From: Felis catus
Lineage: Eukaryota
Assembly: GCF_018350175.1 (NCBI RefSeq)
Contig: NC_058368.1
Span: 147,376,001-147,440,000 of the forward strand
DNA: 64,000 nucleotides
Direction of reading: 5' to 3'
Shown: one piece after another, positions 14,102-25,005 of the stretch
Layout of the letters: each line of letters starts with the position of its first letter
How positions within the stretch are numbered: the stretch's first letter is position 1
Notes under the pieces: model-generated
Told to the model about the DNA's origin: nothing
Database searches by the model: none
Seen by the model: the letters and a program-made list of their open reading frames with translations, nothing else
Program-made: the position numbers and the translations under genes

Positions 14102-14383
14102 TGTTATAAGATGGCTGACAGGACTAACAGAAAATTCCAATTCCCAACGAAAGACTCCCCTTCCAGGTTCTTCTTCCTACCCACTGGCCAAGCAGGCCAA
14201 CTACTAAGGCGGAATGCAGGAGTAACATACTATAAATTATTCCCTCTGCTTACACTGGGGGCTCAGACCTCTGGAGAATGATCTACTCTGAGCCTGCAGG
14301 TGTGAAATAAACCTCCTGCCTTCCAAGATCTCTGAGTGCCGCTTGGTTCTTCCAACCCGGTGATCCAGACCAATTCTTTAACA
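14102..14383 (+). mobile_element. Short ERV-type solo LTR (carnivore ERV1-like)
   Basis: TG...CA termini, TATAAA at 14231, AATAAA at 14306, R-region-like ggggctcagacctctggag...ctgagcctgc; no TSD recognised. Confidence 0.6.
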
Positions 14384-14566
14384 CCTTGAAGCAGCTCTTT
14401 CCCTCCTTCCTGATAGTAGAAGCAGGGACAGCAATCTAAGCCTCAGCCAGCTACAAAGGTCTTGATTCCAAGCAGTCCCACACCAAATACAGGAGAAAAA
14501 ATGGGAGCTTCCATCAAGATTTCTTCCACACATTGATGCCTATAGGAAGAAAGGCTCAGGAAGGAT

Positions 14567-14735
14567 ATACATGTGACTACACCGTTTCTTGTAAATAACC
14601 GGGTGTGCTGACTTTCTGGGTGGGGAATCTTTACCAAGAAAAGAATCCCCTTCTAATACACATGACTACACCATTTCTTTTAAATACCGGGTGTGCTTTC
14701 TGGTGGGGAATCTTTACCAAGAAGGGAATCTCCTT
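14567..14735 (+). repeat. ~89-bp imperfect tandem duplication (2 copies)
   Basis: tgactacacc.tttctt.taaata.ccgggtgtgct...tggggaatctttaccaagaa..gaatc.cctt repeated. Confidence 0.93.
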
Positions 14736-14736
14736 T

Positions 14737-14980
14737 GGGGCGCCTGGGTGGCTGAGTCAGTTAAGCGTCTGACTTCAGCTCAGGTCATGATCTCACGGTT
14801 CATGGGTTCATGGGTTCGTGAGTTCCAGCCCCGCATCAGGCTCTGTGCCGACAGCTAGGAGCCTGGAGCTACCTCGGATTCTGTGTCTCCCTCTCTCTGG
14901 TCCTCCCCTGCTCTCACTCTGTCTCTCTGTCTCAAAAATAAATAAAAAACATTTAAAAAAATTAAACTAAAAAAAAAAAA
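14737..14980 (+). mobile_element. CAN-SINE (felid SINEC type)
   Basis: ggggcgcctgggtggctgag head, A tail, TSD ggaatc(t/c)cctt; internal catgggtt tandem repeat. Confidence 0.96.
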
Positions 14981-15682
14981 AGGAATCCCCTTCTATTCTA
15001 TTTCCCTGAGAATTTCTGACACAAATGATTTGAAGGTTACTAATTATTTTCTGCAACTATTTAGATGATTTTTGTCTTTTTAACATGTTAATGTGGTGAA
15101 CAGATTTTAAAAGCATATGCCGATTATATTCATGAGATAAATTCAAGTTTGGTTATGCTGTATTATCTTTTTTCCCACATTGCTTTAATTTTTACTCAAA
15201 TTTTGTTTAGGGTTTTTGCATTTATTTTCATGAGTGAGACTGTAATTTTTTCTTCTCCAACTATTCTTGTCAGATCTGGGGATCAAAACTATACAAGCCT
15301 CATAAAATAAAATGAAGCATTTTCTACTTTTAGGATGATTTCTCTAAAGGCTATGCATTAACCATTAATTATTTTCAACAGTTTGGAAGTTATTCAGATT
15401 TGACAAATGTATTTTACTAGAAATGTGTTCATTTTATGTCTCCAATTATCTCTTTATTCTTTGTAGTAACTGCAGTTATGCCCATGTCTCTCCTCCTGAT
15501 ATTCTTTATTAGGGCCTTGCCTCTTTTAACTTAATGAATCTTGAATGAGGTTTTAACAGTTATCTTGGGAATTTCAAAGAACCAACTATTGACTTTTTGA
15601 TCCTATTTTTCTTTATTTTATTCATCTGTGCTTTTATTGTCATTATCTCTTTAATTCTAATTTGCTTGGATTTATGTTTTTT

Positions 15683-17003
15683 TTATTATATGATATTTAT
15701 TGTCAAATTAGTTTCCATACAGCACCCAGTGCTCATCCCAAAAGATGCCCTCTTCAATGTCCATCACCCCCCCCCCCATCAACCTTCAGTTTGTTCTCAG
15801 TTTTTAAGAGTCTCTTATGCTTTGGCTCTCTCTCCCACTCTAACCTCTTTTTTTTTCTTTTTCTTTTTTCCTTCCCCTCTGCCATGGGTTTCTGTTAAGT
15901 TTCTCAGGATCCACATAAGAGTGAAAACATATGGTATCTGTCTTTCTCTGTATGGCTTATTTCACTTAGCATCACACTCTCCAGTTCCATCCATGTTGCT
16001 ACAAAGGGCCATATTTCATTCTTTCTCATTGCCACGTAGTACTCCATTGTGTATATAAACCACAATTTCTTTATCCATTCATCAGTTGATGGACATTTAG
16101 GCTCTTTCCATAATTTGGCTATTGTTGAGAGTGCTGCTATAAACATTGGGGTACAAGTGCCCCTATGCATCCACACTCCTGTATCCCTTGGGTAAATTCC
16201 TAGCAGTGCTATGCTGGGTCATAGGGTAGGTCTATTTTTAATTTTTTGAGGAACCTCCACACTGTATTCCAGAGCGGCTGCACCAGTTTGCATTCGCACC
16301 AACAGTGCAAGAGGGTTCCCGTTTCTCCACATCCTCGCCAGCATCTATAGTCTCCTGATTTGTTCATTTCGGCCACTCTGACTGGCGTGAGGTGATATCT
16401 GAGTGTGGTTTTGATTTGTATTTCCCTGATGAGCAGTGACGTTGGGCATCTTTTAATGTGCCTGTTGGCCATCAAGATGTCTTCTTTAGAGAAGTGTCTA
16501 TTCGTGTTTTCTGCCCATTTCTTGACTGGATTATTTGTTTTTTGGGTGTGGAGTTTGGTGAGCTCTTTATAGATTCTGGATACTAGCCCTTTGTCTGATA
16601 TGTCATTTGCAAATATCTTTTCCCATTCCGTCGGTTGCCTTTTAGTTTTGTTGATTGTTTCCTTTGCTGTGCAGAAGCTTTTTATCTTCATGAGGTCCCA
16701 ATAGTTCATTTTTGCTTTTAATTCCCTTGTCTTTGGGGATGAGTCAAGTAAGAAATTGCTGCGGCTGAGGTCAGAGAGGTCTTTTCCTGCTTTCTCCTCA
16801 AAAGTATGGCCAACTAATCTTTGACAAAGCAGGAAAGAATATCCAATGGAAAAAAGACAGTCTCTTTAACAAATGGTGCTGGGAGAACTGGACAGCAACA
16901 TGCAGAAGAATGAAACTAGACCACTTTCTTACACCATTCACAAAATTAACTCAAAATGGATAAAGGACTTGAATGTGAGACAGGAAACCATCAAAACACT
17001 AGA
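15683..17003 (-). mobile_element. Young felid L1, 5'-truncated and 5'-inverted; ORF2 C-terminus (frameshifted) plus 3'UTR
   Basis: ORFs 16209..16709 and 15904..16176 encode the L1 ORF2p C-terminus including the Cys-rich [19 protein letters not shown], separated by a frameshift near 16210; inverted segment about 16799-17006; 15-bp TSD ggatttatgtttttt at 15668-15682 and 17004-17018. Confidence 0.96.
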
Positions 17004-17260
17004 GGATTTATGTTTTTTAACCTAACTTCTTAAATATAATAGCTACATAATTTTCATTTTTTTCTTCTTTCCTAATAACTCTACTGGTTACACATTTCCT
17101 TCTAATTCTTTCTTTAATGCATCCCCCAAGTGGACATGTAATAATTTTATTACTCATTTCAAAGCATTGTATAATTTGCACTATTACTTTTTTGACTTAT
17201 GAGGTATATTTTTTAACGTGGCTTTAAAAATTTCCAAACATATGTTTAATAACTACCTCA

Positions 17261-17261
<1 letters not shown>

Positions 17262-17294
<33 letters not shown>

Positions 17295-17492
17295 CTTATT
17301 TATTCATTTTGAGAGAGAGTGTGTGGGAGGGACAGAGAGAGAGAGAGACGGGGGGGGGGGGAAGAATCCCAAGCAGGCTCTGCACTGCCAGAGCAGAGCC
17401 CAATGTGGAGCTTGAACTCACAAACCGTGAGATCGTGACCTGAGCTGAAATTAAGAGTCAGACATTTAACCGACTGAGCCACCCAGGTGCCC
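17262..17492 (-). mobile_element. CAN-SINE with (TAA)n-expanded tail
   Basis: Reverse-complement SINE; (TTA)n at about 17262-17291; degenerate TSD ataacta.ct.a.atta. Confidence 0.95.
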
Positions 17493-18477
17493 CATAACTA
17501 TCTTAGATTACTGACTTTTACTAAAGTTATGTTCTGAGAAAACAATCTCATAATACTGGTTCTCAGAAATATGTAGAAACTTGCTTTATAACCTAGAATG
17601 ATGACAATTTTGGATAACATTTTGTGTATTCTTGAAAATTAGACACACCCTCCATTTGTTGGTGGCAATGCTCTATGTGTCCTTAGATCAAGTTCATGTG
17701 GTACATATTTGCTATATACATACTCTTTATCTGCTTGGTCTATCTGGAATGGAAAGTTTAAAATCTGCTCTGACAGCTGATTTGTCAACATCCTTGTTTA
17801 ATTTTGGCTTTACATATTTTAAGTATTATTAGTTGATATGAGATCAAAAATGATATATATTACCAGAAATTTAACATTTTATCAATTTGTAATAACCCTC
17901 TTAATCTCTAGTGAGGCTTGTTTCCTTTATGCCTATTTTGTCTAACATAAATTTGCTTCATTTTGGTATTCACCAACTATGTATTTTTTCCACTCTTACT
18001 TTCAACATTTTTGTATCGTTATATTTTGGATATATCCCCTGTACAGATTTTGCTCTATTATTTCCTCTGACACTCTTCATTTTTCGAACTAAAGCATACA
18101 TTCATATTAACTTAGATCACTGATACGTTGGGACTCAATTGTACCATCTCACCTTGTGCTTTGAATTTATCCTACCTTTCTGAGGAATATTTTCCTCTCT
18201 CTTTTATACTGAGCAATATTCTCCCACCTTCACCCTCATTCCTTTCATTGCCTTGTTTGGATATATATTTCTATTTTTTTTTTCCTTTCAACTGTTACTC
18301 TTTAGTGATTGCTTTAGTTTCACTGCCTAGAAATCTGAAAATTTGTATTTCACTCCATGTGTTAGGTTAACCAATACTTTGTCCTTTTCCAGATTAATAC
18401 AATGACCTTTACCTATTATCATCTATCTCTAGATTTAAACTCAATAACATTCCAGGACTTTGTTTAAAATGTGATTG

Positions 18478-18715
18478 TTTTAAAGTTTATTTATTTATTT
18501 TGAGAAAGACAGACAGACAGAGAGAGAGAGAGCGCACAAGCAAATGGTCAAACATGTGGGGGAGGCACAGAGAGAGAGGGAGCTGCTTGGGAGCAAGCTC
18601 CATTTTGTCAGCTCAGAGCCCTAGGCAGGCTCGATCTCATGAAGTGTGAAATCATAACCTGAGCCAAAATCAAGAGTCATCAGATGAGTCATCAACTGAG
18701 CCACCGAGGCATCCC
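18478..18715 (-). mobile_element. CAN-SINE (diverged)
   Basis: tttatttattttgaga...gagccaaaatcaagagt...actgagccaccgaggcatccc. Confidence 0.9.
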
Positions 18716-19516
18716 TTGTAATTTGATTTTCTGAGACTGCATATTCTTGTTATAATTTTACACAACCAACATTTGATTAGATTTTCCTCCATGTTTACCT
18801 CTTTATTTGCTCACTTTTCCTTTGTGTAGACTTTCCAACATGAGTATATTCCTTCTACTAGAAATGTACAACTTACAAGTTCCTTTAGTGTCTGTCAGTG
18901 CTAAATTCTGTCATTTCAGCTTTTCTGAAAATATATTTTTCACTTGTTTATGAATGTTAAGTTTGCAAAATATAATTATTAGTTACAAGTCTTCTTAGCT
19001 TTTAGAAAATATAATTCAGTACCTTCTCTCTTCAATTGTTGGTAGTAAGAAGTTACAAATCTAGTCTTTATTCCTTTGTTGGTGGGTTGTATTTTCTCTC
19101 TGCTACCTATAAGATCTCTTTGTCTCTAGCATTTTATAGTTTCACTATGCTGTATTTAAATGTGAATAATTCTTCTTTTCCTTCCCTTCTCCTCCTCCTT
19201 TTATTTTTTGCTTTTGTTTCCTGTGCCTTCCAAATCTTTCATTATTTCTAGAAAATATTTCAGCTACTTTTATCTTCAATATTGTTTCTTTACCATTGTC
19301 TGTATTTTCCCCATCTCCATGCAAGTCAACAGACATGTATTAGACTTATTTATCCTTCATTCTTAACTTCTGTGAAGTTTTTTATCTCATTCACTCTCTG
19401 CTCTGCAATCAAGATAATTTCTTTAGATATCTCCTCTTGTACCTCAAATGCCTTTTTAATTGTGTCTACCCTAGTTTTTCAGTTTAATGAATCAATTCAT
19501 TAAAAAAAAGAATTTC

Positions 19517-19739
19517 GGGGCGCTTGGGTGGCTCAGTCGGTTAAGCGTCCAACTTCGGCTCAGGTCATGATCTCATGGTCCATGAGTTCGAGCCCTGCAT
19601 CGGGCTCTGTGCTGACAGCTCAGAGCCTGGAGCCTGTTTCAGATTCGGTGTCTCCCTCTCTCTCTGCCCCTCCCCTGTTCATGCTCTGTCTCTCTCTGTC
19701 TCAAAAATAAATAAACGTTAAAAAAAATTAAAAAAAAAA
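19517..19739 (+). mobile_element. CAN-SINE (felid SINEC type)
   Basis: Full head, body and tail; TSD aaaaaaagaatttc. Confidence 0.97.
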
Positions 19740-19879
19740 GAATTTCAATTATTATGTTTTGCATTTCCATAATCTCAATTTAATTCCATTTTAAATATAA
19801 CTGGGCAATTTTCATAGTCACGTGTACCTTTACTGTCGACTCCATCTTTTTTGGTTTGTGTAAAGAGATTAAATATATT

Positions 19880-20096
19880 GGGGCGCCTGGGTGGCGCAGT
19901 CGTTAAGCGTCCGACTTCAGCCAGGTCACGATCTCGCGGTCCGTGAGTTCGAGCCCCGCGTCGGGCTCTGGGCTGATGGCTCAGAGCCTGGAGCCTGTTT
20001 CCGATTCTGTGTCTCCCTCTCTCTCTGCCCCTCCCCCGTTCATGCTCTGTCTCTCTCTGTCCCAAAAATAAATAAACGTTGAAAAAAAATTAAAAA
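19880..20096 (+). mobile_element. Very young felid SINE (SINEC_Fc type)
   Basis: CpG-intact ggggcgcctgggtggcgcagtcg...gagccccgcgtcggg; perfect 18-bp TSD aaagagattaaatatatt at 19862-19879 and 20097-20114. Confidence 0.98.
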
Positions 20097-20755
20097 AAAG
20101 AGATTAAATATATTTATTTTTTATTTTGCATGTAATAACTTTATTACGTATAGTCTACAAACTTGATTCTGGATTCAAATTTTTTCATAGTAGCTTATTT
20201 CTGTTTCATATTATTTTGTTTATTTTTTAATTCCAAGCTCTTTAGGGTCTTTTTCTGTGAGAACACTTAGAGTTGTGTATTTCGTATTTTTTTTTCCCCA
20301 TAGAGACATTTTGTATTTAATTCAGTTACACACACTGAATACCATCATCCCAAGACTAATTTATTTAAAATTTTACTCTTGGAGTTTTTAGAGCCACACA
20401 GCTGGTATAAATAGCAGGCCCAAGGCTCTCTGAAAGGAGAGCCCATGATTAGGAATTCTCAGGGAGACACATTAGTTTTGTATTTTACCTCTTTCTACTG
20501 ACTGGCAGATTAAGAAAGCTGGGTTTCTTTCTAGTTCTCCCACTGAGGATAAAGTCCTAAGTCATCTCAGTGTTATATGAGGATAGTGTGTGTGGAGGTC
20601 CTGCCAGCACACAAGAGAACTCTAAGAAGGCTTGAAGGTAGTCTGTACCCATCTTCAAATGAATGAATGAATGCCGATCAAAGAGATTTTATTTTCATAT
20701 TAAATTTTACCACTTCAATAACATTTATTAATGTTCTTTAGAAGTATCATTTCCT

Positions 20756-20921
20756 GGGGCGCCTGGGTGTCTTAGTCAGTTAAATTTCTAGCTTCGGCTC
20801 AGGTCATGACCTCGCAGTTTGTGAGTTCGAGCCCCGCGTCAGGCTCTGTGCAGACAGCTCAGAGCCTGAAGCCTGCTTCAGATTCTGTGTCTCCCTCTCC
20901 CTCTGCCCCTCCTTCACTCAT

Positions 20922-20957
<36 letters not shown>

Positions 20958-20980
20958 AAATACATATTAAAAAAAATTTT
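20756..20980 (+). mobile_element. CAN-SINE with expanded (CT)n
   Basis: SINE head and body; (CT)n at about 20924-20956. Confidence 0.96.
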
Positions 20981-23199
20981 AAAGGAAATATAATTTCTTT
21001 TCGCTTTATTAGAGTGAGAAGGGAGCCAAAAATCAACAATGTTTTGCAAAAAGGACAGGTACCTGTTTTCTGAAACATGAACTGCAGAAAGCCTGCCATG
21101 TGCAATTAAACATTTCAGCCCTTCTCAGTAATCCTCTTCTATAGAACCAGAAGTTCTATATATAGATCTGTTCCTTAAAGCTGTGTCTTAAGATGGAATC
21201 AATCCAAGCATATTAGACTTTGTGAACCTTTATGCCACAGTGACATTGGCTGTACCAAATTCCTTCCCACCACTACCACCCACCTCTCGTCCATCTCTAT
21301 GCTGCAACTTTCTGTGGAAAGATGTGGCTATTACCATAATAGAACAAGCTTCAATACCCTCAAGGGAATAAACCTTTGCATATCCACATTGACTGGTGTA
21401 ATTCATCTAACTAAATGCTTTAGGTGACTTTTTATCTCTGAAACTTGAATCTAATATTTCAGAAACGGATAGATGATTCCTATATGCCTAGGGTATCTTC
21501 ATGTGTATTACAAATGGCTCTACAGAAATACAAAGTTCACCCTAATATCTCCTTACCATGCCTCTGCTTCAGTATGAAAATGTCAAATTTCTTCAGCTCT
21601 ATGAACTCCAGGATTTAGCTGAGATAAAAAGCCTCATATCGTTCCATCAGTAAAGGAAGTGCAGTATCCTGAATGAAGTAAAATTCAAGTAACTATAGGT
21701 GGTTCATATTATCTTTCACAGCATCTGTAAGATTATTTCAGTTGGGAAAAAGAGAAGAGGCAGATACTTGTAAAGTTTCTTACAAACACTTGAAATTTTC
21801 CTCAGGGAACTTTCAACTTCGCTGCCAATTTGACCCTTCAGAGAGAGATCATCTTCTAAAAGAACTACAGCTCTTTGCCAGAGAACCCTGCATCGTACCA
21901 ATGCTGAAAAGCAGTCAGCCCTGGACCTCTCACCAGGTCTGAAACTTCACCATCTGCATACTAACTGATTTGATGCTAAGTGCCTCATTCTGCACATTCT
22001 CTCCTTTAATAAATGCAAAAGTGTATCTGCTTTGAAAACAGGAAAGCTGCTACTCAGTTTCTTCTTCTGTTTTTTTCCCCAATAACAAGAGAGAGAAAGG
22101 CATAAAAAGGAAAATGACCAGTTTCTTCTCTTCCATGGCAACTACTTTGTTTGAAAACTTAAACGCCTTACCTACTAGCTGACTGTTATCAACATCTCAT
22201 ACTAACAAGGAAGACAGGGGGAAAAAAAAGTAAAGTAAAAGTTGGGCAATTTCCATCAAATGTGTACTTAGGTTTTTCTGTAATACTAAGATTTCTCCTA
22301 AATATTTAAGATAAAACACTTTAACTCTTTTTTCTAATTTTGTAAAAGCATGGGATATGATCTTTTGATGCCTTACAATGAAAACTACATCTGTTCCTGT
22401 TACATAGTCTTTGCTAGGAAAGGTTCCATGAGCTTATAACAGCTTATTACTTGCATTCTAAGACACCGTGCCATAGTATTAATTTATGTAAGTTTCTTAG
22501 AAGTTAGCATGCTGATTATATCAGTTGTGTATATGCTTTCTCTTTATTTCTGTGTTTGGTAGCCTGTTGATACTCAAAATCAATAAGCTATTATTGGTAT
22601 TAATTTGGTTCTTCATTCTACTATACAAATTATTTGCTGATTTCTTCTACTAATCATCACTTATCAACATTTTTAATAATAATGGTAAAGACAACTGATA
22701 AAACAATAAATACAATGATAAAGTTACAACAATTAGGATTTTTCAAGCATTTTCACGTAGCCATAACAATATTGTCCAAAAAAAGGGTTCCTATTTTCAC
22801 CTTTGCACAAAAGAAAACCACAGACATCTAGATATCAGCTGATCTGTCGGAAATCATACAACTTGTAATTTTTTTAAACATATTACTTGTTAATTTTTAG
22901 AAGAAATTTGATTTCAGGGAGTGTAAAACTATCATCAAATTAATTTCCAAATACCAGATTAAAATGTCTAAATATCTAAATATCTAATTACCTAAAGTTG
23001 TTTGTTAGAAAGTAAGTACATAATTTTCCAGACACATATTTATCTATTATTAAATTCTAATACTGACCTTCAAATAACTAATTCGTCCCCAACATATATA
23101 AAATACAAGTAAGTATGAGCAACAAAAAGACAGTTTCCCAGAAAACTACCAGTTTCTCTGGTGGTAACTAGCTGCTTTTTCTTTTCAGTTCAAAGAAAT

Positions 23200-23315
23200 C
23201 TCGGAGCCTGGAGCCCTGCTTCAGATTCTGTGTCTCCCCTTCTCTCTGCCACTCCCCTGCTCTCTGCTCTCTCTCTCTCTCTGTCAAAAGTAAATAAGCA
23301 TTAAAGAAAAAAAAA
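23200..23315 (+). mobile_element. 5'-truncated CAN-SINE
   Basis: Only the 3' half is present: ggagcctggagccctgcttcagattctgtgtctcc...(CT)n...A tail. Confidence 0.9.
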
Positions 23316-24781
23316 CTGGTCTATAATGCTTGGAACTCAGAAATGTAGAAGAGTACATCCTGCTCTCATTTAGATGACAATAAACAAGCAAGAGTGAAAC
23401 ATATAATAGACATAGGCAGGCTGCAGTGCGTACTGCAATGAATTACCAGAAACATTTCCTGAGAGGTAAAATTTGTCACATTCATGTTTAAGTACTCAAA
23501 TAATTTAGATAATAAAGCTTGAGGATGGTTAATTTCAATGTTTAAACTGGTACAATCCATATTTTCTGTTGGTGCACATTTTATTTTCCTTCAAGTCAAA
23601 GGACTCTTTTTTATGGAATCAAAAATAGAATTAAATTGGCTGTGCAATTACAATGATAGGATTAGTATAATTATAGCTCTCAAATTTATTCTCAAGATCT
23701 TATTTTTAAATAAATTAAAGTTACATATTTTATATATTGTGATGTCCATTCCCAGCAAGACAAACTAAAAGGAACAAATTTTTAAAATATTATCTTCATT
23801 AATGGGATGTTTTCTCATATCCAGCTATCTTCTTTTATCTGTCTTTAAAGAGGAGAGTCAACAAAAATATCATCTAGATGACAATACAAGCTTACAAAAA
23901 ATGTGGTCAACATTTACAATACAGAGATCAATTATCAGTAAAATTCCCTATGTCTTTTTATTTATAACCCAGCCTCTCAGTTCTGCTTATCTTTTAAGTA
24001 GACAGGGCTAGTGGGAAGGCTCCTGCAGGACTGTATACCCACCCATGGTCAAGATCACCCTCCCTGGGTAGCAGAGCTGTCTTCAACTAAAAACAATAAA
24101 GAGTACAGTTGGTTCTTTACTCCCAGAATTTTGTAAAGCAAAGAAAAGTGGATCAGGAAGGGGTTGGCATTCTAGCCCTTAGAGCAACTTCTCTTGTTTT
24201 ATTTCATTTTGTTTCCTCACTATATTTACCTTCAAAAGAGTTTTTTAAATAAGAACAGTTAAGTAATTATTTCTCTATATACAATTTTCCTTTAATGGGA
24301 GGACTGGGTACAGGGGCTATTCATTTACATATATTTATTTTAACTCCTCCTGCACATATCAGAATTTGATCAATGGATTGATTCTCAGTCAACTATATGA
24401 GCTCAATGAATTACTGAATTACTCATTTCTAGAATTAGGGGTAAATTGACAGATATGTTATGAGGTAGGATACATCTCACCCTTAGAAAACCTTACTGAA
24501 AGTCTCTCCAGCCAATTGGTAGAGGGGTACTGTCTGACTGATAAAAGAGGAAAACCTAATATCACACTCATTCCCAGAAAAGAACATGAATAAGGGTATT
24601 GCAATGGTTGATTTCCAAACAAGTTAAACCTTGCAGCACACAAAGAGACTTCAAGATAAAGTACTGATCACAGAATTTGAGTCTGCAGTACATGATTTCA
24701 TGAGCTTATACAGTTGTTTCTGTTACCGGACTTAACAGGACCCCTATCCTTGCAGTCACACAGAAGACGTGCCAGTGTCTT

Positions 24782-25005
24782 CGGGCACCTGGGTGGCTCA
24801 GTTGGTTAAGCAGCTAACTTCAGCTCAGGTCATGATCTCCGAATTCCTGAGTTCAAGCCTGGCTTCGGCCTCTGTGCTGACAGCCCAGAGCCTGCAGCCT
24901 GCTTCAGATTCTGTGTCTCCCTCTCTCTCTGCCCCTCCCCTGCTCAGGCTCTGTCTCTGTCTCTGTCTCTCTCAAAAATAAACATTTAAGAAAAATTTAA
25001 AAAGA
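24782..25005 (+). mobile_element. CAN-SINE
   Basis: gggcacctgggtggctcag head; degenerate TSD agaagac..gcca.t.tc. Confidence 0.95.

Larger units (their letters stand above)
15050..20330 (-). mobile_element. Ancient, heavily eroded L1M (ORF2/ORF1 relics) hosting younger insertions
   Basis: Antisense ORF2 phrases (gggtttttgcatttattttcatgagtgaga, tttcaaagaaccaact); ORF1-like peptide ILKIKVAEIFS in ORF 19145..19336. Confidence 0.6.

Noticed and set aside
14567..14995. Repeat-spacer pattern as a CRISPR-like array
   Set aside because: Mammalian DNA; explained by a two-unit tandem duplication plus a SINE TSD
15904..16709. 166-aa and 90-aa ORFs as a gene
   Set aside because: They are frameshifted L1 ORF2p C-terminal remnants of a truncated insertion with no promoter, endonuclease or RT domain
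19528..19710. Recurring MAQSVK...AQVMIS...SLSQK peptides (also near 24769, 33338, 39725, 42871, 60659) as a repeated protein family
   Set aside because: They are reading frames through CAN-SINE consensus sequence, mostly opened at non-ATG codons
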